Positions 12,788 through 23,360 of a stretch of DNA of 64,000 bases are shown piece by piece (position 1 is the first letter of the stretch; every line of letters begins with the position of its first letter). The DNA is from Pristiophorus japonicus (taxonomy: Eukaryota). The position numbers and the translations under genes were made by a program. Where the stretch lies: the NCBI RefSeq assembly GCF_044704955.1, contig NC_091997.1, positions 79,112,001 through 79,176,000 of the forward strand. Direction: 5' to 3'. The notes below the pieces were generated by a model that worked only from the letters and a program-made list of their open reading frames with translations, did no database searches and was not told where the DNA came from.

Positions 12788-13395
12788 ATAGGATGGAGTA
12801 TAAAAGCAGGGAAGTCATGCTACAGTTACACAAGGTATTGATGAAGCCACACCTGGAATACTGCGCGCAGTTTTGGTTTCCATATTTACGAAAGGATATA
12901 CTTGCTTTGGAGGCAGTTCAGAGAAGGTTCACTAAGTTGATTCCGGGGATGAGGGGGTTGACGTATGAGGTTGGGCCTCTGCTCATTGGAATTCAGAAGA
13001 ATGAGAGGTGATCTTATCGAAATGTATAAGATTATGAGGGGGCTTGACAAGGTGGATGCATAGAGGATGTTTCCACTGATGGGGGAGACTAGAACTAGAG
13101 GGCACGATCTTAGAATAAGGGGCCGCCTATTTAAAACTGAAAAGAGGAGAAATTTCTTCTGAGGGTTGTAAATCTGTGGAATTCACTGCCTCAGAGAGCT
13201 GTGGAAGCTGGGACATTGAATAAATTTAACACAGAAATAAACAGATTCTTAAACGATAAGGGGATAAGAGGTTATGGGGAGTGGGCAGCAAAGTGGACCC
13301 GAGTCCATGATCGGATCAGCCATGATCTTATTGAATGGCGGAGCAGGCCCGAGGGGCCGAATGGCCGACTCCTGTTCCTATTTCTTATGTTCTTA
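12788..13395 (+). mobile_element. CR1 3' fragment
   Basis: MEYKSREVMLQL...PHLEYCAQFW; CR1 tail. Confidence 0.88.
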
Positions 13396-13892
13396 CAATG
13401 GGCCAAGACTTATTGCGATTGTAGAGAGTGAGTGTTGGCAGACTACGGGACCACAGGACGCACTGGGGAGAAGGCAGGAGTGGGAACCCTGGTTGATTAA
13501 TCCAGGGCAGAGACCAAACGTGGGGTCCGACTGTCACCGTGGCGATGATGGGCGAACTCAAACACAGACTGGCGATCGCTTCTGGGCCCTTTCTGGTCCG
13601 TATGGTCCAGTCACTCATTTGACAAAAGTTATTGCGCCATCAGCGAAGTGTGCTTTTCTGTAGTGTTTGCACTTGTTCAGATACTCACGGCATTTTAGCA
13701 GAAAATGCAAAAGGTTTGCTTCTGCCTGTTGCCAATTTGAATTTCACATTCGGAAAGTGGCACTGGTGCTGGTACCCTATTGTAACCTGCGCCAATGTCA
13801 TCAATTTCCAGTGCACTTCCCACCAATTACACACACACACACACACACAGACTGAAATAGAAGCTCCCTCAGCACATTTAGTAACCAAAAAG

Positions 13893-14910
13893 ACATAGAA
13901 TCACAGAATGATTACAGCACAGGAGGCCATTCGGCCCGTCAAGCCTGTGCCGGCTCTCTGCAAGAGCACCTCAGCTCGTCCCACTCCCCCGCCCTTTCCT
14001 CTGATTCTCAACCGTTCTGCCAATGGCAACAGTTTTTCTTCATCTGGATTGGTGTTATCACCCTGTGTGTGAAGCAGCACTTTCTAACATCACTCCTGAA
14101 CGGCCTGGCTCTAATTTTAACAGAAAATATTCCCTCTTGTTCGAGACTCTTCCCACCAAAGGAAATAGTCTGTTCTCTATCTACCTTAACAACTCCTTTA
14201 ATCCTTTTCAAATGTGTATATCCACATCTGCCATGCCTTCTCCACTATGGTCCAAAAGTTGGACACATATTTCCATTGGTGGAGGGGTCTATTACGAGGG
14301 GACATAGCTTTAACGTGGTTGGTGGAAGGTTTAGAGGGGATCTGAGGGGAGGGCTTCTTTACGCAGAGGGTTGTGGGGATCTGGAACTCACTGCCTGGAA
14401 GAGTGGTGGATGCAGAAACCCTCACCACTTTTAAGAGATGGTTGGAAGGACACTTAAAGTGCCGTAACCTGCAGGGTTATGGACCTAGAGCTGGTAATTG
14501 GGATTAGACCTTTTGTTGGACAGCGCAGATATAATGGCAAGTGCTGCAGGGAATCGAATACGGCCAGGGTGATCTCCTGGAATAGTTTCGATCACCTGGA
14601 TGGGTCGGAATTTTCTCAGATTTTTTCTCCCTAAATTAGCCTGGGTTTTTAATCTGGTTTTTGCCTCTCCCAGGAGATCCCATGACTCCGGTTGGGGTGG
14701 AGTGTAGAATGTTTCAGTATAAGGGGTGTTGCAGTGGTGTGAGGCCAGCAAGGTGCTCTTTACCTTTCCGCCATTGTTCATTGTTCATAGGTTTATATGT
14801 AACCTTCAGGGCTGCTGACCGAGGGCCGAGCGGCTCTTTGTCGGCCGGCGCGGACACGATAGGCCGAAATGGCCTCCTCCTGCGCTGTAAATTTATGTGT
14901 TTCTATATTT
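13893..14910. mobile_element. Two CR1 3' fragments: minus at about 13893-14210 and plus at about 14255-14910 (long 3' UTR variant)
   Basis: TRGH / F..RVV.IWN motifs and CR1-type terminal hairpin GGCCGAA.TGGCC. Confidence 0.7.
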
Positions 14911-15002
14911 AGGACAAATCAGAAGACGTTTTGAAGCCAATACGTGGAATTTTTGTTTGAAGAAGTGTAAACCGCGTGGGAGACAGACACAAGCAGTTGA
15001 TG

Positions 15003-15008
15003 TTTATT
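15003..15008 (-). terminator. Candidate polyadenylation signal of the ZC3H10-like gene
   Basis: AATAAA on the minus strand about 690 nt past the stop codon, at the end of a repeat-free stretch. Confidence 0.5.
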
Positions 15009-15690
15009 TGCTGGTGGGGTTCTTAAACTGCAGAATTTACAAGATCATCTTCTAAACACAAGGTTCACTTTGACATTAGGGTCCATAGAAGTGGTGGAAC
15101 ATACGCAGGCTGTAAACGGACAGGCATGAGGCGTGAGAAAAACGTTAAAAATCACACTCAAACTCTTCATATACGCTAACAGAAAATAGACACGCTGCAC
15201 AATGCACTGAGCATTTTTGAAAAGGGGGACAGAAGATCTTTTGGAAGCTGCATGCCAAAGTTTACACTTGAACTCAAATGTTCTGGGCTACGGATCACGG
15301 TCCGCGCGTTGTTAAAGTGGGAACGTGGGAGCTCGCCGTGTCCATGGAGATTGCACCTGTACACCAGCCGGCTGGTACCACGCAGAGGCTCGGGATGGTG
15401 TGGCACGGAGTTGAAATGTTGTTGTGGGCTGAGCCGGGCTCAATGGCACGTGGGGCGACACACAGTATTCAACCCCGACCCCGCAAAGTCAGAGCGGGAA
15501 ATGTTATGGGCATCCGGGGTGGAGTTGGACGCTTGCAGCAGTGGTAAAATGGAGGGGTTACCGGGATCGGGAATTACCGCAGCGAATGCTAAGCACGCTG
15601 GGATTCTATCGATGAAGGTGCGCGGAGCGGTGGTTGCAGTCGAGCTCGGCGGTGAAACACTGCAGCGAGCTAGCCGTGGGTTGGCTCTTC

Positions 15691-16587
15691 TTAGAGGGGC
15701 AACGCCGTGATCCGCATGCTCTGCGAGGCGATGGCGTAGCTGACCATGGGCGTGGTGGCGTGGCTCATGGTGAGGCAGGGGATGGGCTGGGCGATGGAGA
15801 CGGTGACGGGCGCCATGGAGACGGGGGTGGCCAAGGTCTGGGCCAGGGTTTGGGCCAGGGCCAGCTCGGAGGTGAGGTGGGGGCCGGGGGCAGCGCTGGC
15901 TGGGGGGTGGGGCCCGGCGCCGGCTGACGGCACACCGCCCAGCTCGGACCGGCTCAGCGACGGCTGGCCACCCAGCGGGTTGTGGGCCTGCACGATGGTG
16001 TGGTTGTAGTCGCCGACGGCGGGCAGAGTCAGCCGGGGCTCGCCAGCGGCCGCCAGCGTCACCACCTTGGGCTGGCACCGGTAGTGGGCGTTCTGCTCCA
16101 GCAGCATCTCGTTGGTGGCCATCAGGTTGGACGCCTGCTTGTGCAGCTCCTCCACCCGCCTGCGCAGCATCAGGTTCTCTTCCTCCAGGTAGCGGTAGTC
16201 GACGGGAAAGGGCCGCGGCACGCCATAGTCGTACGAGTCGAAGCGCAGGCTCTCCACCGCCCGCCGCCGCTTCAGCAGCGGGTCGCCCAGATCGCCGGCA
16301 CCGAACGGCTCGAAGCGGGCCAGACTGCCGGCGCCCTCCGGCTCAAGGTGGCGGAACTTGCAGCTGCCGCCCCGCTGGCAGTCGCCGTTCTGGTGGTCGC
16401 GGCAGACGGGCACCTCCCCCCGGCCGGCGGGCAGCTCCTCTGAGCCCGGCTCGCCCAGCTCCGGGTGCTGGTACTTGCAGCGCTTGCCCCGCTTGCAGAC
16501 ATTGCGCAGGAAGTCGCGGCACACGTTGGTCGCGCTGTGGCCGGCCGTGTCGCCGCCGCTGGTGAAGGCACCGTCCTTCTCCGGCAT
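15691..16587 (-). CDS. ZC3H10: Zinc finger CCCH domain-containing protein 10-like (single coding exon, 298 aa)
   Basis: CRDFLRNVCKRGKRCKYQH and VPVCRDHQNGDCQRGGSCKFRH fingers; coiled coil LEEENLMLRRRVEELHKQASNLMATNEMLLEQNA; C-terminus MSHATTPMVSYAIASQSMRITALP; splice acceptor ttctttttcag at 16637-16638. Confidence 0.9.
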   Translation of the reverse strand: MPEKDGAFTSGGDTAGHSATNVCRDFLRNVCKRGKRCKYQHPELGEPGSEELPAGRGEVPVCRDHQNGDCQRGGSCKFRHLEPEGAGSLARFEPFGAGDLGDPLLKRRRAVESLRFDSYDYGVPRPFPVDYRYLEEENLMLRRRVEELHKQASNLMATNEMLLEQNAHYRCQPKVVTLAAAGEPRLTLPAVGDYNHTIVQAHNPLGGQPSLSRSELGGVPSAGAGPHPPASAAPGPHLTSELALAQTLAQTLATPVSMAPVTVSIAQPIPCLTMSHATTPMVSYAIASQSMRITALPL

Positions 16588-16659
16588 TCTGGTTTGTATA
16601 TTTATTGCAAAGTAGAGTATTGCCGCTCTCCGCAGTCTGAAAAAGAAAGAAGGAAAGTT

Positions 16660-17105
16660 TCAGCTCTCGTGGCTCAGTGGGCAGCACTCCCGCCTCTGAG
16701 TCAGAAGGTTGTGGGTTCAAGTCCCACTCTAGAGACTTCAGCACATAAACCTAGGCTGACACTCCCAGTGCAGTGCTGAGGGAGCGCTGCACTGTCGGAG
16801 GTGCCGTCTTTTGGACGAGACATTAAACCGAGGCCCCGTCTGCTCTCTCAGGCAGCTGTAAAAGATACAACGGCACTATTTCGAAGAAGTGCAGGTGAGT
16901 TATCCTCGGTGTCCTGGGACCAATATTTATCCCAGAATTATCTGGTCATTATTACATTGCTGTTTGTGGGAGCTTGCTGTGCACAAATTGGCTGCCGCAG
17001 TCCTTCATTACAAGTGACTGCACTCCAAAGTTACTTCATTGGCTGTAAAGTGCTTTGAGACATCCGTTGGTTGTGAAAGGTGCTATATAAATGCAAGTCT
17101 TTTTT
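16660..17105 (+). mobile_element. Full-length tRNA-derived Deu-domain SINE (SacSINE1-like)
   Basis: A box TGGCTCAGTGG, B box GGTTCAAGTCC, Deu-type core GAGACATTAAACCGAGG...AAAGAT...GGCACTATTTCGAAG, L2-like tail GCTATATAAATGCAAGTC. Confidence 0.85.
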
Positions 17106-17268
17106 AAACTTTTGAGAATGTGGTGGGGAGTTCCCCCCCGCAGAGGATCCACTCAAAAGAAACACCCGATTTTACAAGGAAAATGAGCACAGTATTTTAA
17201 TTAGAGTACCCCTCCCCATCCTTCTTGCTTTCTCTCTCTGTATCCCTCCCATCCGTCAACAACCGAGC

Positions 17269-17567
17269 TCTCCTCCCCAACCTTCCACCCTCCCTCTCTC
17301 CTCTCTCTCTCCTCCCCAACCTTCCACCCTCCCTCTCTCCTCCCCAACCTTCCACCCTCCCTCTCTCCTCCCCAACCTTCCACCCTCCCTCTCTCCTCCC
17401 CAACCTTCCACCCTCCCTCTCTCCTCTCTCCTCCCCAACCTTCCACCCTCCCTCTCTCCTCTCTCTCTCCTCCCCAACCTTCCACCCTCCCTCTCTCCTC
17501 CCCAACCTTCCACCCTCCCTCTCTCCTCCCCAACCTTCCACCCTCCCTCTCTCCTCCCCAACCTCCC
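17269..17567. repeat. 28-bp C/T-rich minisatellite running into an assembly gap
   Basis: Unit CCCCAACCTTCCACCCTCCCTCTCTCCT, about 10 copies. Confidence 0.95.
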
Positions 17568-17800
17568 NNNNNNNNNNNNNNNNNNNNNNNNNNNNNNNNN
17601 NNNNNNNNNNNNNNNNNNNNNNNNNNNNNNNNNNNNNNNNNNNNNNNNNNNNNNNNNNNNNNNNNNNNNNNNNNNNNNNNNNNNNNNNNNNNNNNNNNNN
17701 NNNNNNNNNNNNNNNNNNNNNNNNNNNNNNNNNNNNNNNNNNNNNNNNNNNNNNNNNNNNNNNNNNNNNNNNNNNNNNNNNNNNNNNNNNNNNNNNNNNN
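17568..17800. other. Assembly gap (233 N)
   Basis: Run of N. Confidence 1.
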
Positions 17801-17984
17801 AGTGTCGGGAGGCCTGTCTCCCAGGGACCCCGCGGCCTGAGGGACAGAGATGGGGGTTCGCGGTCCTGTGCACCCCCTCCTATCCCGGGGCTCTCTCTCT
17901 CCCCCCTCCCCCTATCCCGAGGGTCTCTCTCTCCCCTCCCCCTATCCCGGGGGTCCCGGGCCCACAACAACAACAAAGACGCGG

Positions 17985-18130
17985 CCCTACCCGCCGAGCG
18001 ATTCCTCCGGCGCCAAAGAGCCGCTTCCGCTCCTCCCAGCCAAGAGGGACCTCCGACAGCCGCGCGGAACTCCCGCGCCAACGAGCACCGCTGTGGTCCT
18101 CCAGCCAAGAGGTGCCGCACTCCCAAACCC
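17985..18130 (-). promoter_or_regulatory. CpG-rich candidate promoter and non-coding first exon of the ZC3H10-like gene
   Basis: CpG cluster, ETS-like GCGGAAGCG, and minus-strand donor GG|GTAGGG at 17990-17985. Confidence 0.5.
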
Positions 18131-18345
18131 CTCAGTTGTTGTTGTTGTTGTCCATGGGCATCCATGGGGTCAGGGGTCAGACTGAGCTGGGCCTGAGGGA
18201 GCAGATTGAACAGTAACTTGCAAAAAAAAGGCAATTGGATCAAAGACTTGCATTTATATAGCGCCTTTCATGACCACCAGGCGTCTCAAAGGGCTTTACA
18301 GCCAATGAAGTACTTTTGGAGTGCGGTCACTGTTGTAATGTGGGA

Positions 18346-18667
18346 CTGCTCCTGGGCCTGGCCAAGGGGGCCATCAGCCGGTCCAGGCAGCGGGCGGTCG
18401 AGGGGGTTGTTCAGCCCGACTGCCTGCCTCTCTTCCACGGTTACATCCGAGCCAGGGTGTCCCTGGAGATGGAGCACGCGGTGACCACCAGTACGCTCGC
18501 GGCCTTCCGCGAGAGGTGGGCGTCGGAGGGACTGGAGTGCATCATCACCCCCGGCAACCAAGTTCTAATTTGAACCATTATTGTAAAAAGTTAATTTTGT
18601 TTAATTTGTCGGTTTTAGTGCCCCTTTAATAAGGGGGCACTTCATTTATTGTTTTACCAAAAATAGA
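18346..18667 (+). mobile_element. Tx1-like L1-clade 3' fragment inserted in a minus-strand SINE (about 18245-18830)
   Basis: LLLGLAKGAI...AFRERW C-terminus; 12-bp TSD TGTAATGTGGGA at 18334-18345 and 18668-18679. Confidence 0.75.
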
Positions 18668-19199
18668 TGTAATGTGGGAAACGTGGCAGCCAATTTGCGC
18701 ACAGAAAGCTCCCACAAACAGCAATTCGATAATGACCGGATGATCTGCTTTAGTGGCGTTGGTTGACGGATAAATATTGGGGATCCCACTTGGGAGGGCA
18801 GACGGAGCCTTGGCTTTACATCTCAGCCAAAAGACGTTAAATGAAGATCACCAACAACTGCACAGAAAACCTGACACGTGCGCTAAATAAGGTGAAACCG
18901 AAGAGCAGCCCTGATGAGTCAAACCATGTAGATTCCTGAGCGTTGTAACTTACGCTGTCAATATACACAACAGATATATTGGAGGAAAACAAACACCAGT
19001 TCCTGAAAGGCTGAAGGGGGTAAATATTGATGTTGCAATTCTAGGGACTCCGGGAGCTCTTCCTGGAGTATTTTTAATGATTGCATTAAAACTTCTGCCT
19101 AATTTTGATCACTTTTACACAATGCAATTTTTAATCTTGAAAGCAAAACAGCGATATTTGGATTTTCAAGCAGAACACCGCTCCTCCAGAAAGTACCTC

Positions 19200-20030
19200 A
19201 ACAACAACAACTTGTATTTATATAGCGCCTTTAACGTAGTGAAACGTCCCAAGGCGCTTCGCAGCAATATTATGCGATAAAAATTTGACACCGAGCCACA
19301 TAAGTAGAAATTAGTGCAGGTGACTAAAAGTTTGCTCAAAGGTAGGTTTTAAGGAGTATCTTGAAGGAGGAAAGAGAGGTATCGAAGCAGAGAGGTTTAG
19401 GCAGGGAGTTCCAGAGCTTGGGGCCTAGGCAACAGAAGGCACGGCCACCGATGGTTGAACGATTATAATCAGGGATGCTCAAGAGGGCAGAATTAGAGGA
19501 GCGCAGACATCTCGGGTGGGGGGGGGGGGGGCGTTGTGAGGCTGGAGGAGATTACAGAGATAGGGAGGGGCGAGGCCATGGAGGGATTTGAAAACAAGGC
19601 AGAGAATTTTGAAATCGAGGCGTTGCTCAACCAGAAGCCAATGTAAGTCAGCGAGCACAAGGGTGATGGGTGAGCGGGACTTGGTGTGAGTTAGGACACG
19701 GGCATCCGAGTTTTGGATCACCTCTAGTTTACGTAGGGTAGAATGTGGGAGACCAGCCAGGTATGTTGGAATAGTCAAGTCTAGTGGTAACAAAGGCATG
19801 GATCAGGGCTTCAGGAGCAGATGAGCTGAGGCAGGGGCGGAGACAGGCGATGTTACGGAGGTGGAAATAGGCGGTTTTAGTTATGCTGCGGATATGCAGC
19901 AGGGTCAAATATGACACCAAGGCTGCAAACAGTCTGGTTCAGCCTCAGGCAGGAGTTGGTGAGGGAGAAGGATGGAGTCAGTGGCTGGGGAACGGAGTTT
20001 GTGGCGGGGACCTAAAACAATGGCTGTCTC
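19200..20030 (-). mobile_element. L2-clade LINE 3' fragment
   Basis: AYFHLRNIACLRP...LIHAFVTTRLDYSN; ITLVLADLHWL...FKIL; (TTG)n tail. Confidence 0.85.
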
Positions 20031-20690
20031 TCTCATCCAGTCCTTTCCACTCCACTTCACAGTGGCACTCTCTATGCCCATCAGGATCCCAACCACTCCC
20101 GTTTCACAGAGCACTTTCCCCCCCCCCTCCCCTACAACACATCCTGTCAATACTGGCACTCTGCTCCTTCACCACCTCAATTCAACCTGCCACCCATCTC
20201 CCCTTCTTCATTCATGCAGGTACTTTCCCCTCTCCCGTCAGTTATATTTCTTTTCTCACCCTCCCCAGTCCGTGATGTCACCCCAGCCACCGCAGAGAGC
20301 CGGCTCCGCTTAGCGGGTGACCCGAAATGGGACTGGCGCTTGCCAGTCGGGACGGGAGGTAGAGATGGAGCGATGGAGCAGTGACAGGTGTGGGGCAAGG
20401 GTGACCATGGACTAGAGGGCAAGGGGAATGGGGTTTATAGGGTGGTGGGGGGAGGGGGTAGAGAGTGGCAGCGGACTGGGGATCGTAAATGGGGGTTCAG
20501 GGGCAGAGAGGGAGACTGGGAATTTGGGGGTTGAGAGGGAGGTTGGGGGAGGATAGAGGGAGACCGGAGAATGGGGGTCAGGAGATGTGGATTTAGGGGA
20601 GAGGTAGACTGCGGAATATGGGCTAGGAGGAGAGAGGGAAGCTAGTGATTAAGGTTTGGGGTATAGGAGGAAGGGAGACGGAGGGATAGA

Positions 20691-20990
20691 GAGGGAGACT
20701 GGGTGATTGGAGCTTGGGTTGCGGGGGAATAGAGAGGGAAACTGGGTGATTGGAGCTTGGGTTGGGGGGATAGCGAGGGAGACTGGGTAATTGGAGCTTG
20801 GGTTGGGGGGATAGCGAGGGAGACTGGGTGATTGGAGCTTGGGTTGGGGGGATAGCGAGGGAGACTGGGTGATTGGAGCTTGGGTTGGGGGGATAGCGAG
20901 GGAGACTGGGTGATTGGAGCTTGGGTTGGGGGGATAGCGAGGGAGACTGGGTGATTGGAGCTTGGGTTGCGGGGGAATAGAGAGGGAAAC
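20691..20990. repeat. 41-bp G-rich minisatellite (about 7 copies)
   Basis: Unit GAGGGAGACTGGGTGATTGGAGCTTGGGTTGGGGGGATAGC. Confidence 0.95.
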
Positions 20991-21048
20991 TGACAAATCG
21001 GTGGGTGTGGAACCCAGCATTTCCTGCAGAGCCGGGAGCAGCAGCAAC

Positions 21049-21051
21049 ATG
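21049..21051 (+). CDS. COMMD4: COMMD4 candidate exon 1a (ATG only)
   Basis: GCAGCAGCAACATG|GTGAGT; exon 2 starts in phase 0 with RFRFCG and needs an upstream Met. Confidence 0.5.
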
Positions 21052-21694
21052 GTGAGTGGGAGCGGCAGTGAGAGAGCAACCACCCATAATTGGATTATCG
21101 AAACCCAGGGACTTCACTGTGGGGAAACAGATTGTTCCCACTGGTGGGCGAGTGGGGAATAAGGGGACCGAAGATTCTAGCGAGGAATAACAAAGGGGGA
21201 AGTAATGGTTTTAACCAGTGCTATTCGACCATGAGATGCTTCACCACAAGTGGCTATGGAGGCAGAGACTGGAGCATCATATAAAAGGGAATGCACTAAC
21301 GATTTGAAATAGGGAATATAAAAGTATCGGAGGAGAATGCGGCTCCAGGAGGGACAGCCAGCACAGGCATTGGGGGCCGAATGGCCTTCTCCTGTGCTCT
21401 AATTTCTAGAAATCTATTGAAACTCTCCCTTTATTGAGTACGGGCACAAGGAGCGGTTTAGAAATGTTGGTGCTGAGTTGCCTTTAGGACAGAAGTTGGG
21501 GAGAGGGATGGAGCCAGTGGTTAGGGAACGGAGTTTGTGACAGGGGCTTTGGTCTTCCCAATATTCAATTCTGCTCATCCAGAACTGGATGTGGGACCAG
21601 CAGTCTGACAGTTTAGAGACCATGGAAGGGTCTATCAGTGGGTTATAGGATTACTACTAGTTACAGGTAGGATATCAGGTCATTGCACTTGAGG

Positions 21695-22017
21695 GTATGG
21701 GGCCAGAAGAGCCGAGGGCCCAGGGGCAGCACGGGGCCAGCCCACACTGCAATATTTGTGCGCACTAGGTCCATGCAGCAGAGCAGGTCTCCAGTCATCT
21801 TGGTTAACCCTTGCCACTGGACTAAGACCTAGCTCTGTCAAGCCCGTGTGGTGGCTGATGTGCAACGGTCACCCCACGTTAAAAAAATCCACGCACAGGC
21901 ATCTTCCACCCCCTCAACTGGAGTTCAGGACTGGAACATCGGGTACTTCATTGAAACATCTGTGAACTCGTGTGGAAGCAAGTCATCCTCGTTCCAGGGC
22001 CCGCCTATGATGATGAT
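21695..22017 (+). mobile_element. Non-autonomous RTE-tailed element (SINE-like)
   Basis: Ends TGGAAGCAAGTCATCCTC...GCCTATGATGATGA like the RTEs; homologous copies at 29947, 30900, 36768 and 62724. Confidence 0.75.
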
Positions 22018-22361
22018 CAGTTCCTTATAGATTATCAGTGAGTTACTGTATTACTGTTATGGGGGTCTCTAAGTGTTACAAATATTACTATTAATTATTG
22101 GTGCACATTCAGTGAGTTACCAGTGGAATCAAAGTTCCTTGGACCTCTGGTTTTCCCATCCTTAGTGTCCCTTCTTTCGCTACTCACAGGTGACCTCTTG
22201 GGTTCTCAGAACTTCTCGGACACCAGCTGCTGGCCGGAAACCATAAGCAAAGGAACTAAGCGGCAGGGGACCCAACCTTTACACCGTGAATGCAATAACA
22301 TCCGCAAACATCTCATGGTCAGGGGTCACGTGGTCGGATGTCACGTGATCAAAGCTCCTGG

Positions 22362-22840
22362 AACATAGGAACAGGAGGAGACCATTCAGCCCCTGGAGCC
22401 TGTTCTGCCATTCAATGAGATCAAGGCTGATCTGCGATCTAACGTCTTTGCACCATATCTCTCAATACCTTCAGTTAACAGAAAGCTATCAATCTCCGAC
22501 TTGAAATTAACAATTGATCGATTGCCGTTTGCGGACGAGAGTTCCAAACTTCTACCACCCTTTGTGTGTGGAAGTGTTTCCTAATTTCACTCCTGAAAGG
22601 TCTGGCTCTAATTATTAGACTATGCCCCCCTAGTCCGAGAACCCCCAACCAACAGGAATAGTTTCTCTATATCTACCCCATCTGTTCCCTCTGATATCTT
22701 GAAAACTTCAATCAAATCACCCCTTAACCCTATAAATTCTTGGGAACACAACCCCACTGAGTGTAATCTCTCCTCAAAATTTAACCATTGGAGTCCGGGT
22801 ATCATTCTGGTAAACCTACGCTGCACTCCCGCCAAGGCCC
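22362..22840 (-). mobile_element. CR1 3' fragment
   Basis: GVQRRFTRMIPGL...RGDLIEVFKI...RTRG. Confidence 0.8.
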
Positions 22841-22926
22841 ATAACAACAACAACCAGTAATTATATAGCACCTTCAATGCAGTAAATCATCCCAAGGTGA
22901 GTCACAGGAGCATTGTCAAACAAAAT

Positions 22927-23360
22927 GTCAGCCAGTGGCTCAGTGGGCAGCACACTTGCCTCTGTGTCAGAAGGTTGTGGGTTCAAGTCCCACTCCAGGG
23001 CCTTGAGCACAAAAATCTAGGCTGACACTCCCAGTGCAGCACTGAGGGAGTGTCTTTCGGATGAGACGTTAAAATGAGGCCCTGTCTGCTCTCTCAAGTG
23101 GACATAAAAGATCCCATGGCACTGTTTCGAAGAAGAGCAGGAGAGTTATCCCCGGTGTCCTGGCCAATATTTATCCCTCAATCAACATAACAAAAAAACC
23201 CCAGACTATTTGGTCATTATCACATTGCTGTTTGCGGGAGCTTGCTGTGCGCAAATTGGCTGCCGCGTTTCCCACATTACAACAGTGACTGCACTTCAAA
23301 AGCGCTTTGAGATGTCCGGTGGTCTTGAAAGGCGCTATATAAATGCAAGTCTTTCTTTTT
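22927..23360 (+). mobile_element. Deu-domain SINE, near full-length
   Basis: A and B boxes, Deu core and tail. Confidence 0.85.

Noticed and set aside
16668-16735. tRNA-like sequence, also present in other copies
   Set aside because: SINE head rather than a tRNA gene
15252-16779. Multiple ORFs overlapping ZC3H10
   Set aside because: Shadow frames of a GC-rich CDS with no recognisable motifs
17197-18243. Long ORFs of 205-348 aa spanning the gap
   Set aside because: Products of a stop-free minisatellite plus the N run
18890-18945. CTGATGA as a possible hammerhead core or snoRNA C box
   Set aside because: No correctly placed GAAA or stems, and the C-to-D distance is too short
20623-21141. 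Pro/Ser/Gln-rich ORFs in three frames
   Set aside because: Translation of the 41-bp minisatellite
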